Shown: positions 8,313 to 17,063, counted from the first letter of the stretch. The stretch is 22,250 bases of DNA from an uncultured bacterium (GCA_964534375.1 CAZHPN010000094.1:1-22250); one strand, 5' to 3'. The notes: generated from the sequence alone by a model not told the origin. Numbers and translations: made by a program.

Positions 8313-9434
8313 ATGTCGGCGAACGTCGCAACGGCCGGCCACCGCGGCCGGCGAAAATATAACCAGGATACGATCGTCGTCCGCGAAATCGGCACGCCCG
8401 CTGGGCTGATCCGGCTGCTGGCTGTGCTCGACGGCATGGGCGGCATGCGCGCCGGCGACCGCGCGAGTCAACTGGCCGCCGAGATTTTCGTCCAAACCAT
8501 GACCGGCCGACTGGCCGCCGCGACGCCGGACGAGCGGCGCCTGCGGGAAACCCTTGCCGACGCCGTGCGCCTGGCGCACGAAGCCGTGTTTGCGGAAGGA
8601 CAAGACGATTCGGAAAAACGCGGCATGGGCACGACGCTGGTGGCGATCGCCGAGCGCGACGGGCGGTTCGTCGCCGTCAATGTCGGCGATAGCCGCGCGT
8701 ATCTGTGGTCGCCGGCGGATCGCCGGCTGCAGCGCCTGACCCGGGATCATTCGGTCCGCGAAGAGGGCGTGCGGTTCGGGAAATTGACGGAAGAAGAAGC
8801 GGAGCGCAGCCCGTACGCGCACGCGCTGACGCGGGCCGTCGGCTCCGGGCCGACGCCGCAGCCCGACCTCTATCCGGAACCCGACGGCTGGCTGTCGGTC
8901 CCCGCCGCCGGCGCCGTGTTGCTCTGCAGCGACGGGCTGCTCGGCGGCCTGCGCGACGAGCAGATCGAAGCCATCGTTGCCGGTTCGCCCGACGCCGCCG
9001 GCCTGGCGGAGGGCCTGCTGCGCGCCGCCTATCATGGCGGCAGCACCGACAACATCAGCGTGATCGTGCTCACCGGCGAAGGCTTCCGCCCCGTCGGCCC
9101 GGCGCCCGATCCGGCGCCGCCGATCGACGAAGCGCCGCCGCCGCCCGCCGCTGATGCAGCGCCGCCGGTCGAGACCCCGCCGCCCGCGCCATTTGTCGCG
9201 ACCGAACGACCGCGGCCGATCTGGCCCACCGTGGGCTTGATGGTGATCGCGCTGTTGTTTTTGCTGTATTGGATATTCCGCCCGCCGACGTTCAATCGCG
9301 TGCCGCCGCCCGCTCCGGCGGGCGCCGGAGCGCCGGCCGACGCCGCGATTCCGTTCGATGTCGGCCCCGGCCCCGCCGCCGCGTCGCCTGCGCCGGCCGA
9401 CGCCGCGACCCCGAGGGCGCCCGCCGGCCGTTGA
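8313..9434 (+). CDS. PP2C/PPM-family Ser/Thr protein phosphatase with Pro-rich linker and C-terminal TM helix
   Basis: PPM motifs RKYNQD, DGMGG, MGTTL, NVGDSRAY, LTRDHS, LLCSDGL and GGSTDNISV. Hydrophobic segment IWPTVGLMVIALLFLLYWIF. Confidence 0.92.
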   Translation: MSANVATAGHRGRRKYNQDTIVVREIGTPAGLIRLLAVLDGMGGMRAGDRASQLAAEIFVQTMTGRLAAATPDERRLRETLADAVRLAHEAVFAEGQDDSEKRGMGTTLVAIAERDGRFVAVNVGDSRAYLWSPADRRLQRLTRDHSVREEGVRFGKLTEEEAERSPYAHALTRAVGSGPTPQPDLYPEPDGWLSVPAAGAVLLCSDGLLGGLRDEQIEAIVAGSPDAAGLAEGLLRAAYHGGSTDNISVIVLTGEGFRPVGPAPDPAPPIDEAPPPPAADAAPPVETPPPAPFVATERPRPIWPTVGLMVIALLFLLYWIFRPPTFNRVPPPAPAGAGAPADAAIPFDVGPGPAAASPAPADAATPRAPAGR

Positions 9435-9529
9435 CCGTCATCCGCGGCCGGCTCACCGTTTCTTCCTCGACAGGATAGACAGGACCGGCCGGAACTATCT
9501 TGATCGGGTTCTGCTTTCCATGCCGGTTC

Positions 9530-9602
9530 ATTCCGCAATCCGCAATCCGCAATCCGCAATCCGAAATCCGAAATCCGAAATCCGAAATCCGAAATCCGAA
9601 AT
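9530..9602. repeat. Heptamer tandem repeat ATTCCGC-(AATCCGC)3-(AATCCGA)6
   Basis: Read directly from the sequence: 10 units in the intergenic gap. Confidence 0.95.
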
Positions 9603-9712
9603 TTGGTTTTCTCAGCGGGGGATTTTGGCTTGCCCGCGCCTGCTTCCTTTTCACCGGCGACGTGACTACAATCGGCGCGCTTTTTGCCTGACGCCACAGA
9701 GGGAGCCTGTCG

Positions 9713-11062
9713 ATGAAACTCACCGTCGTCGGAGCCGGCGGCATCCGCATGCCGCTTTTTGTTCGCAGCCTGCTGCGCCGCGTCGCCAACGGCGCGCCGG
9801 TGGACACGCTGGCGATGACCGATATCCGCCCGGAGCGCCTGGCGACCATGGAACGGCTGACCCGCCATCTGGTCGAGCGCGCCGGCGCGCGAATGACCGT
9901 CGCGGCGGACCCCGATCTCGACCGCGCGCTCGCCGGCGCGGACGCCGTGGTGCTCACGATTCGCCCCGGTTTCGAGGACGGGCGCATCGTTGACGAAGCC
10001 ATCTGCCGCCGCCACGGCGTTCTGGGCCAGGAGACGGTCGGCGCCGGCGGCTTTTCGATGGCCGCGCGGTCCATTCCGCAACTGCTGCACATTTGCGGGC
10101 GCGCCCGGGCCATCGCGCCGGGCGCCGTGATTCTGAATTTCACCAATCCGTCGGGCATCTGCACGCAGGCGTTGCACGACGCGGGTTTCGCGCGGACGAT
10201 CGGCATTTGCGACAGCGCGGACAATGTTAAGGAATACATCGCTGTCGACTGGGGCATTTCCCCGGACCGCATCCGCAGCCGTGTTTTCGGGCTGAACCAT
10301 TTGTCGGGAACCACGCAGGTGTGGGTGGACGGCGCCGACGTCACCGCACGGCTGATGAACGACGACGCGTTTATCGACAAATGGTTCGGCATCTTCGGCC
10401 GCAGCCTCGTGCGCGAATTGGGCGCGTTCCCGAACGAGTACCTTTACTATTACCTGCTGCCCGAACAAGCGCTGGCGGCGACGGCTGCCGAAACCGAGAC
10501 GCGCGGCCAGAAGGTCAAACGGTTGACCGACCGCTTTTTCGCGGGCGCCGCCGATCCGGCGATCGGGGACGATCCGGAAAAACTGCTGGCGTTGCACGCG
10601 GCGTGCCTTGCGGACCGGAGCGCGAGCTATATGGAATACGCCTGGAAGGACACCGCCGACGGCCAGCGGCCCAATCATCAGCTTGCCGAGGGCGAAGGTT
10701 ACGCGGGCGTCGCGCTCGATGTGCTGGAAGCAAAATGGCGGGGCCCGGCGGAAATGGCGCTGATTTATCCCAATCGCGGCGCGACCGCCTGGATGGCCGA
10801 GGCCGATGTCATCGAAACCACTTGCACGGTGGACGACCGCGGGGTGACGCCGCTGCCGCCGGCGACGATTCCGGCCCGGCTGCGCGAGGTCGTGCGGCAA
10901 GTGCGGATTTTCGAAACGCTGACCGTGATGGCCGTGCGCTACCAATCCGCCCCGCTCGGCCGATGGGCGCTGGCGTCGCATCCGTTGCTCGACGCGGCGC
11001 CGGTGGAAAAATTGTTTGCCGATTTCGTCGCGGCGCACGCCGCGCTGGGAGCTTTTCGATGA
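9713..11062 (+). CDS. Family 4 glycoside hydrolase (NAD+-dependent, 6-phospho-beta-glucosidase-like)
   Basis: MKLTVVGAGG Rossmann start, GQETVGAGG, NFTNPSG, IGICD, GLNHL, PNEYLYYY and GEGYAGVAL. GGGAG RBS. Confidence 0.92.
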   Translation: MKLTVVGAGGIRMPLFVRSLLRRVANGAPVDTLAMTDIRPERLATMERLTRHLVERAGARMTVAADPDLDRALAGADAVVLTIRPGFEDGRIVDEAICRRHGVLGQETVGAGGFSMAARSIPQLLHICGRARAIAPGAVILNFTNPSGICTQALHDAGFARTIGICDSADNVKEYIAVDWGISPDRIRSRVFGLNHLSGTTQVWVDGADVTARLMNDDAFIDKWFGIFGRSLVRELGAFPNEYLYYYLLPEQALAATAAETETRGQKVKRLTDRFFAGAADPAIGDDPEKLLALHAACLADRSASYMEYAWKDTADGQRPNHQLAEGEGYAGVALDVLEAKWRGPAEMALIYPNRGATAWMAEADVIETTCTVDDRGVTPLPPATIPARLREVVRQVRIFETLTVMAVRYQSAPLGRWALASHPLLDAAPVEKLFADFVAAHAALGAFR

Positions 11063-12039
11063 TCGACGCGCTCGCGATCGCCAGCGGCCACCCCTATCTC
11101 GACTTGATCTTCACCGGTTTGCCGCAGGTGCCGGGGCCGGGTCAGGAAGTCAAAGTGGTCGGCCAAGGTTTGACGTTCGTGCCGGGCGGCAGTTTGACCT
11201 CGGCCATCATTCTCGCGCGGCTGGGCTATCGCGTCGCGTTCGAGACGCAATTGGGGCATGATTTCGCCAGTCGTTTCCTGATCGAAGCGATGCAAGCCGA
11301 GGGCCTGCTGCTCGACGCGGTCAACATCGTCGCCGACGCGCGCGCCTGCGTAACCGTCGCGTTCAATCAGGGCAACGACCGCAGTTTCCTCTCGTATGAA
11401 CATCCCACGCCGCCGCCGAATCCCGAATGGGTGCGACGTTTCCAACCGCGCGCGGTGCTGATCGACGGCCTGCCCGAAACGGGGCCCGTGATCGAAAGGA
11501 CCATCGAGACGTTGCGTGTCGCGGCGCGGCAGGGGGCGCTGCGGCTGGCCGACGCGCAAGACCTCGCGCCGACGCTGGCCGTGCCCGGCGTGCGCGAACT
11601 GCTCGGCTGTTTCGACATGATCACCTTCAACGAACGGGAAGCGCGGCATCTCACGGGCTGCGACGACCTCGCCGAGGCGCTTAATATCCTGCAGGCCATC
11701 GTTCCCGTCATCGTCCTGAAAAAAGGCGCGCTGGGGGCGTTGGCGCGCTGGGCGGGCCGGCAGGTCGAGTTGCCGGCCATTCCCACGACCGTGGTCGATC
11801 TGACTGGTTGCGGCGACAATTTTTTTGCGGCGTTCGGCGCGGCGATGCTCGAAGGCTGCGACATGGTCGAGTGCCTGGCGTGGGGCAACGCGGCCGGCTC
11901 GCTCGCGGCCGCCGCCCCGGGCGGCACGACCGCCCGTTACGGGCGACGCGACCTGACGGCGATCATCGGCGCCGGCTACGGCAAATTGCCCGAACCGGAC
12001 CCGTTGGCGTCCGCCGCCATCGCCTCGCCGACGGAATAG
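11059..12039 (+). CDS. PfkB/ribokinase-family carbohydrate kinase
   Basis: ATGA overlap with the GH4 stop. Motifs DLIFTGL, PGG, LARLG, FNEREA, LKKGALGA and VVDLTGCGDNFFAAF (PfkB signature). Confidence 0.9.
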   Translation: MIDALAIASGHPYLDLIFTGLPQVPGPGQEVKVVGQGLTFVPGGSLTSAIILARLGYRVAFETQLGHDFASRFLIEAMQAEGLLLDAVNIVADARACVTVAFNQGNDRSFLSYEHPTPPPNPEWVRRFQPRAVLIDGLPETGPVIERTIETLRVAARQGALRLADAQDLAPTLAVPGVRELLGCFDMITFNEREARHLTGCDDLAEALNILQAIVPVIVLKKGALGALARWAGRQVELPAIPTTVVDLTGCGDNFFAAFGAAMLEGCDMVECLAWGNAAGSLAAAAPGGTTARYGRRDLTAIIGAGYGKLPEPDPLASAAIASPTE

Positions 12040-12193
12040 GGACGCCCGCCGCGACGAATTGTTTTTCTCTCTCGCGACGGAACGTGGAAAATTGTCACGA
12101 CCCAACGCTATTTTCCGTCCCGGCGGGCTGGCGGCGCGGCGTCGTTGCGGATCGACATATCACCGAGGAGACGTCGTTTTCGCGAAATGGCTA

Positions 12194-12221
12194 TTGACAA
12201 GCCCGGATGCCGCCATATAAA
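12194..12221 (+). promoter_or_regulatory. Putative sigma70 promoter
   Basis: TTGACA (12194-12199), 16 nt spacer, TATAAA (12216-12221), lying upstream of the AAAGGAG RBS of the 12277 gene. Confidence 0.5.
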
Positions 12222-12276
12222 TAGGCGCCATGCACATCCCGAGTATGCACCTATGATGCCGCAAAAGGAGCCATTA

Positions 12277-12738
12277 ATGAAGAACTGGGTATCGAACGAG
12301 GTGGAACGTTTTCAGAAAGAGATCGCCGCGCTGGAGACCGAATTCGCCTCACGAAAGCAACAGTTGTTCGCCAAATTGGCGGAGATGCTGGGCGTGCCCG
12401 CGGCGCCGGTGAAGGCGAAACCCGGCCGTCCGCCGAAATCGGCGGCGGCGTTTGCCCCGGCGCTCGAGCCGAAACGCCGCGGCCGACCGCCGCTGGCGAC
12501 GCCGCGTCCGGGCCGCAAACGGGCGGGCGAAGACACGTTGCCGACCGTGATCGTGCAAGTCCTCAGGGCTTCGGCGCAACCGCTGAACGCCAAGGAAATT
12601 CTCGCGCAGTTGCAGAAAGTCGGCTGGCGGACCAGTTCGCACGATCCGCAGGCGATGGTGTACAAGACGTTGCACCGGATCGAAAAAACCAAGATGGTCG
12701 TCAAGGCCGAACGGGGCAAATTCACGGCCGGCAAATAA
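12277..12738 (+). CDS. Small basic DNA-binding protein (coiled coil, AT-hook-like linker, winged helix); candidate nucleoid-associated protein
   Basis: ATG 12277 after AAAGGAG; 153 aa. Heptad-like EVERFQKEIAALETEFASRKQQL, motifs PGRPPK and KRRGRPP, and wHTH-like TVIVQVLRASAQPLNAKEILAQL...VYKTLHR...VVKAERGKF. Confidence 0.75.
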   Translation: MKNWVSNEVERFQKEIAALETEFASRKQQLFAKLAEMLGVPAAPVKAKPGRPPKSAAAFAPALEPKRRGRPPLATPRPGRKRAGEDTLPTVIVQVLRASAQPLNAKEILAQLQKVGWRTSSHDPQAMVYKTLHRIEKTKMVVKAERGKFTAGK

Positions 12739-12776
12739 CGGCCGTATCGGCGCAACGGTTCGAAACGAACATCCGC

Positions 12777-12812
12777 AAACGCCCGCCGCCCGCCGCGTCG
12801 GGCGTTTCCTTT
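12777..12812. terminator. Probable intrinsic terminator between convergent genes, possibly bidirectional
   Basis: AAACGCCCG (12777-12785) pairs with CGGGCGTTT (12799-12807) and is followed by CCTTT. Confidence 0.5.
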
Positions 12813-12847
12813 GGGGGATGGGAAAACGCCGCAAATATCGGCGACGG

Positions 12848-14077
12848 TCAATCGTCCGGAAAATTAAACGCGTCGAGAATGTATAACGCGTAGGCATTGC
12901 GCAGAAACGTCAATTCCGGCATGCCGCTCACGGCGAGCGCCTGGCCGAGCGTGCGGCCGACGCGCAACGCGTCGAGCGTCCGCTGAAAATCGTCGGCGTC
13001 GGCGCCGGCGGCCATGTTTTTCGCCGAGGTGCGATGGAGCGTGAACGCCGTGTCGCGGCGCGTTTCGAAGGCGAAATCGGCCAGCAATCGCTCGCGGCTG
13101 TAGCAGGCCTTCACGCCGGCGACGATCGCGGAATCCACGCGCAGCCGGAAGGAATCCTGGAGTTCGATCTTGTCGACGCCGCGCAAAAAGACGAACGTGC
13201 CGATGCGCCAGTGCCAATCGAACAGCGAGAGGATTTTTTTGATCCATTGCTCGACCAGCGTCTGATCGAGTTTGTCGCCGGCGATCAATTCCATCGACAG
13301 CAAAATTTGTCCGAAGAGGCCGCCTTCGCGCTCCCACCGTTTGCGAGCGCTGGCCAATTCGGAGGCCGAGATATCGCCTTTTTTTGCGAGCACTATGCCC
13401 AGCGACAATTCCGGAATGTAATTGCTGACTACGTGAACGATCAAACCATCGCGAAAATGGACCTGCATCTTGTACGGCGAGTGATTGATCGTCAGCAGCC
13501 CGGTTTCTTCGCGCAGCCCGAGTTCGCGCAGCAAGCGCGGCACCGGCGCGCGCGCCAGGTTGCCGATCGTTTCGTCGCGTCGGCGGTCGTCCATCGGCAT
13601 GCCGATCGCGAGGCGCGGCCGGCGCACCGGCTGCTTGCGCGGGGACGACGCCGCGTCGGCAAACGGGGCCGGCGAATGCGCCTTCGGCGACGCCGGTTCC
13701 GGGTCGATCTCGCGGTCCGACCATTCCGTCACTTTGAGGTACAACTCCATTTGGTCGACCGGCCAGGTGACCCAGGCCTGCACGCGGCCGACCGAACCCG
13801 AACGGCGGTTTTCTTCGATCTGGCGGGTCGCGGCCATCACGATGAACGGCGCGCGGCACTTGAGTTTTTCCCGCGCCTGTTCGACGACCTGCAACGCGCC
13901 GCCGTCGGGCAATTGCAGATTGGCGACGACGATCGTCGGCGCGTAGAACTTGATTTTATCGAGCGCTTCTTTTTGCGAGACGGCTCGTTCCACGACAAAA
14001 CCGAAATCTTCGAGGAACTTGCCAATTTTGGCGAGAACGTCTGGATTCGGATCGACCAGCAATATCGGTTTTGCCAA
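12848..14077 (-). CDS. Atypical receiver domain fused to a DUF4388/PatA_N-like domain
   Basis: TTG start with AGGAGG. Receiver-like ILLVD...EAL...PTIVVANLQLPDGG, then GNLARAPVPRLLREL...TGLLTI...VHFRDGLIVHV...LGIVL. Confidence 0.75.
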   Translation of the reverse strand: MAKPILLVDPNPDVLAKIGKFLEDFGFVVERAVSQKEALDKIKFYAPTIVVANLQLPDGGALQVVEQAREKLKCRAPFIVMAATRQIEENRRSGSVGRVQAWVTWPVDQMELYLKVTEWSDREIDPEPASPKAHSPAPFADAASSPRKQPVRRPRLAIGMPMDDRRRDETIGNLARAPVPRLLRELGLREETGLLTINHSPYKMQVHFRDGLIVHVVSNYIPELSLGIVLAKKGDISASELASARKRWEREGGLFGQILLSMELIAGDKLDQTLVEQWIKKILSLFDWHWRIGTFVFLRGVDKIELQDSFRLRVDSAIVAGVKACYSRERLLADFAFETRRDTAFTLHRTSAKNMAAGADADDFQRTLDALRVGRTLGQALAVSGMPELTFLRNAYALYILDAFNFPDD

Positions 14078-14626
14078 GTTCGGGGCGCCTCCTGCCGGGA
14101 TTCATGAGCGGGCGGCAAAACCGCCGCCGGTACGCCGGCGCAATCGCCTCCCCGATCGACAAACGCCGAAAAAATAACGCCCGGTGATTAGCGCGTTTTC
14201 CGCGGCTCGTCAAGCTCCGACCGAAAAAGCCGCGGCGATAGGTAAGGAAATACCGCAGGATGTGTGCAACCGGCTGCTTGCTTCCGCGATTCGCGTCGCC
14301 GCCGGCCGACAAGCTACTTTTCTTGTTTTGCGATACGGGCAGATAAGTTGGCTCTTGCGCGACAAAGAAACTGGCGACACGTCCGGATTCGGCCGGCAGT
14401 TCGCCCGCGAACAAGCCGCGCACGCGCCATCCAGAAGGACGATGGCCATGTCGCCGCGCGTCGCCAAGGAGCGAAAAAATGGCATTTATTTCCACTAGAT
14501 ACATGGATAGATCCGTTGCTCGGGGTCATCTCGCTGATCTCTCGGATCGGCGCGCTCCCGTCAACGCCTGAACTACGCAACGGCGCGTTGCAGCGCCTGT
14601 CCGGACGGCGCCGCAGCCACGATAAA

Positions 14627-14672
14627 TTTTTCTACGTTCATTGTTGACGTAGAAAAAAATACGTGGTACTTA
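14627..14672 (+). promoter_or_regulatory. Putative ispE promoter overlapped by an 11-bp perfect inverted repeat
   Basis: TTTTTCTACGT (14627-14637), 9 nt, ACGTAGAAAAA (14647-14657). TTGACG at 14644-14649, 17 nt spacer, then TACTTA preceded by TGG. Confidence 0.45.
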
Positions 14673-14678
14673 CTATCC

Positions 14679-15512
14679 ATGATCCGCGAGGCAGCAGCCA
14701 AGATTAATCTTCGCCTTGAAATAGTAGGCCGCCGCGCGGACGGCTACCACCTGCTCCAATCGATCATGGTTCCCTTGACGCTCGCCGACGAATTGTCGTT
14801 TGAACACGCCCTCGCCGGCATCACTCTGACCTGCGACGATCCCACGCTTCCGACTGGCGACGAAAATCTCGTCGTTCGCGCCGCCAAGGCATTCTTCGAG
14901 GAAACGCAGTACACGGGCGGGGTCAAGCTGCATCTGAAAAAACGCATCCCGGCGGCGGCCGGTCTTGGCGGCGGCTCTTCCGACGCCGCGACGACATTGC
15001 TCGGCCTGGCCGACTTCCTCGATTTGACGGTCGCCGGAAATCGTTTGCACGCCATCGCGACGGAATTGGGCGCCGATGTGCCCTTCTTCCTGGCCGGCCG
15101 GGCTTGCGTGGCCCGGGGCGTGGGCGAGGAACTTGAACCGTATGACGTGCTGAAAGGTTTGCCGTTGGCGTTGGTGAAGCCGCCGCAAGGGCTCGCGACG
15201 CCGCAGGTGTATCGTGCGCTGGACTGGCCCTTGACACGTCAGACCGAGCCCCCTAAGCTGCCGGGCTCGCTGCAGGACTTGGCGAGCGTTTGCGCGTGGT
15301 TGCGCAACGATCTCGAAGCCCCTGCGGAACGGCTTCTGCCCCAAATCGGCGAGTGCAAAGAGCTGCTGCGCAGCGAAGGCGCCGCCGCCGTGCAGATGTC
15401 CGGAAGCGGTCCGACGGTCTTTGGCATTTTTGGCACGAGTCAGGAGGCGGTTCGCGCGTGCGAATCGGCCGAGCGGCTGGGCTGGTGGGCCTGTTCCTGC
15501 GCCACGACGTAA
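14679..15512 (+). CDS. ispE: 4-diphosphocytidyl-2-C-methyl-D-erythritol kinase
   Basis: AKINLRLEIVGRRADGYHLL, KRIPAAAGLGGGSSDAA, LGADVPFF, NDLE and MSGSGPTVF. Confidence 0.97.
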   Translation: MIREAAAKINLRLEIVGRRADGYHLLQSIMVPLTLADELSFEHALAGITLTCDDPTLPTGDENLVVRAAKAFFEETQYTGGVKLHLKKRIPAAAGLGGGSSDAATTLLGLADFLDLTVAGNRLHAIATELGADVPFFLAGRACVARGVGEELEPYDVLKGLPLALVKPPQGLATPQVYRALDWPLTRQTEPPKLPGSLQDLASVCAWLRNDLEAPAERLLPQIGECKELLRSEGAAAVQMSGSGPTVFGIFGTSQEAVRACESAERLGWWACSCATT

Positions 15513-15536
15513 TTTCTTCACCATGGGGGGGAAGCA

Positions 15537-15818
15537 ATGGAAGTCACAAACGTCAGCGTATTCCCGCGGGAAGAGGATCGGCTCAAGGCCTTTGTGACCG
15601 TCACCTTCGACAATTGCTTCATCGTGCGCGACTTGAAGATTATCCGCGGCAACCGGGATCTCTTCGTCGCCATGCCGAGCAAGAAGAAGAAGGACGGATC
15701 CTTTAGCGAGGTCGCTCATCCGCTCAATGCGGAAATGCGTGCCGTGATCGAGGCGGCGGTGTTGGAAACGTACTACCGCCTTCTCGACATTCACGTGCAA
15801 GCAGCCAACGAAGGCTGA
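15537..15818 (+). CDS. spoVG: SpoVG family nucleic-acid-binding protein
   Basis: LKAFVTVTFDNCFIVRDLKII...LFVAMPSKK...F...AHPLN. Confidence 0.95.
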   Translation: MEVTNVSVFPREEDRLKAFVTVTFDNCFIVRDLKIIRGNRDLFVAMPSKKKKDGSFSEVAHPLNAEMRAVIEAAVLETYYRLLDIHVQAANEG

Positions 15819-15907
15819 TCGACGGACACACGGAATTTAGTCCGCTCGCCGGTCGCGACGCGCGCTGGACATCGCCCCTTTCCGACGTAGAACCCGTTGC
15901 GAAGTAA

Positions 15908-15979
15908 TGGGGCGTTGGCGAATGGTAAGCCACGGGTCTTTGGAACCCGGCATTGTAGGTTCGAGTCCTACCGCCCCAG
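15908..15979 (+). tRNA. tRNA-Gln (anticodon TTG), CCA not encoded
   Basis: Acceptor stem TGGGGCG/CGCCCCA, D-loop TGGTAA, anticodon stem CGGGT/ACCCG with loop CTTTGGA, T-arm GTAGG-TTCGAGT-CCTAC, discriminator G. Confidence 0.96.
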
Positions 15980-16022
15980 TTTTCTCATTGTGACGCGACG
16001 TCCCGTTAAAAGGAATTCACCC

Positions 16023-17063
16023 ATGCAGGCGAACCATTCATCCACCATCGATGCGAACACCATTAAGTTGTTCGCGGGCAACGCCCACCGGAAGCTGGCC
16101 GACGACATCGCCTCGCACTTGGGGCTGCCGCTGGCCAAGGCCACGGTGCGCAACTTCGCCGACGGGGAAATCGAAGTGAAGATCGGCGAGAGCGTCCGCG
16201 GCATGGACGTGTATCTCATTCAGCCGACCTGCCCCAATGTCAACCAGAACCTGATGGAACTGTTGATCATGATCGACACGGCCCGTCGCGCCAGCGCCGA
16301 CCGGATCACCACAGTGATTCCGTATTACGGCTACGCGCGGCAAGATCGCAAGGTCGCGCCGCGCGCGCCGATCACGGCCAAACTCGTTGCGAACCTGATC
16401 ACCAACGCCGGCGCCGACCGCGTGATGACCGTCGATCTGCACGCCGGGCAGATCCAGGGCTTTTTCGACGTGCCGGTGGACAACCTCTACGCCGCCAACG
16501 TCCTGGTCGATGCGTTCCGCGAGTGCGGCTCGTGTTCGCTCGACGACATCGTCGTCGTCAGCCCCGACGCCGGCGGCGTGCGCCGGGCCCGCTACTTCGC
16601 CCATCTGCTCGGGCGCGAAGCCGATCGCGAGGCCGGCCTGGCGATCATCGACAAACGGCGCTCGGCCCCGGGCAAGATCGCCGAAGTGAATCTGGTCGGC
16701 GAGGTCCGCGGCAAGACGGCGATCATGATCGACGACATTGTCGATTCGGCGGGCACGCTTTCGGTCGCGGCCGACAAGCTGCGCGACGAAGGCGCGGTGG
16801 CGGTTTTTGCGTGCATCACCCATCCGATCCTCAGCCTGCCCAAGGCGCTGGCGAACATCCAGATGAAAAGCACGTCGGACCCGAAGCGCGACCGGATCGA
16901 TCAGTTGATCGTCACCGACACCGTGCCGCTGAGCGACGAGATGAAAGCGACCGGCAAGATTCGCGTCGCCTCGGTGAGCAAATTGTTGGCGGAGGCGATC
17001 GAAAATATTCACCATCGGGGCAGCGTCTCGAGCCTGTTCCCGGATGTGGAGTCCTATAATTAA
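16023..17063 (+). CDS. prs: Ribose-phosphate pyrophosphokinase
   Basis: FADGEI, IPYYGYARQDRK, DLHAGQIQGFF, VVSPDAGG, IIDKRR and IDDIVDSAGTL. ATG 16023 after AAGGA. Confidence 0.97.
   Translation: MQANHSSTIDANTIKLFAGNAHRKLADDIASHLGLPLAKATVRNFADGEIEVKIGESVRGMDVYLIQPTCPNVNQNLMELLIMIDTARRASADRITTVIPYYGYARQDRKVAPRAPITAKLVANLITNAGADRVMTVDLHAGQIQGFFDVPVDNLYAANVLVDAFRECGSCSLDDIVVVSPDAGGVRRARYFAHLLGREADREAGLAIIDKRRSAPGKIAEVNLVGEVRGKTAIMIDDIVDSAGTLSVAADKLRDEGAVAVFACITHPILSLPKALANIQMKSTSDPKRDRIDQLIVTDTVPLSDEMKATGKIRVASVSKLLAEAIENIHHRGSVSSLFPDVESYN

Noticed and set aside
9358..9993. ORFs containing IRNPQS/IRNPKSE repeats
   Set aside because: These are translations of the heptamer DNA repeat, not credible proteins.
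15980..16022. Integrated element at tRNA-Gln
   Set aside because: prs follows within about 45 nt; there is no integrase or duplicated tRNA 3' end.
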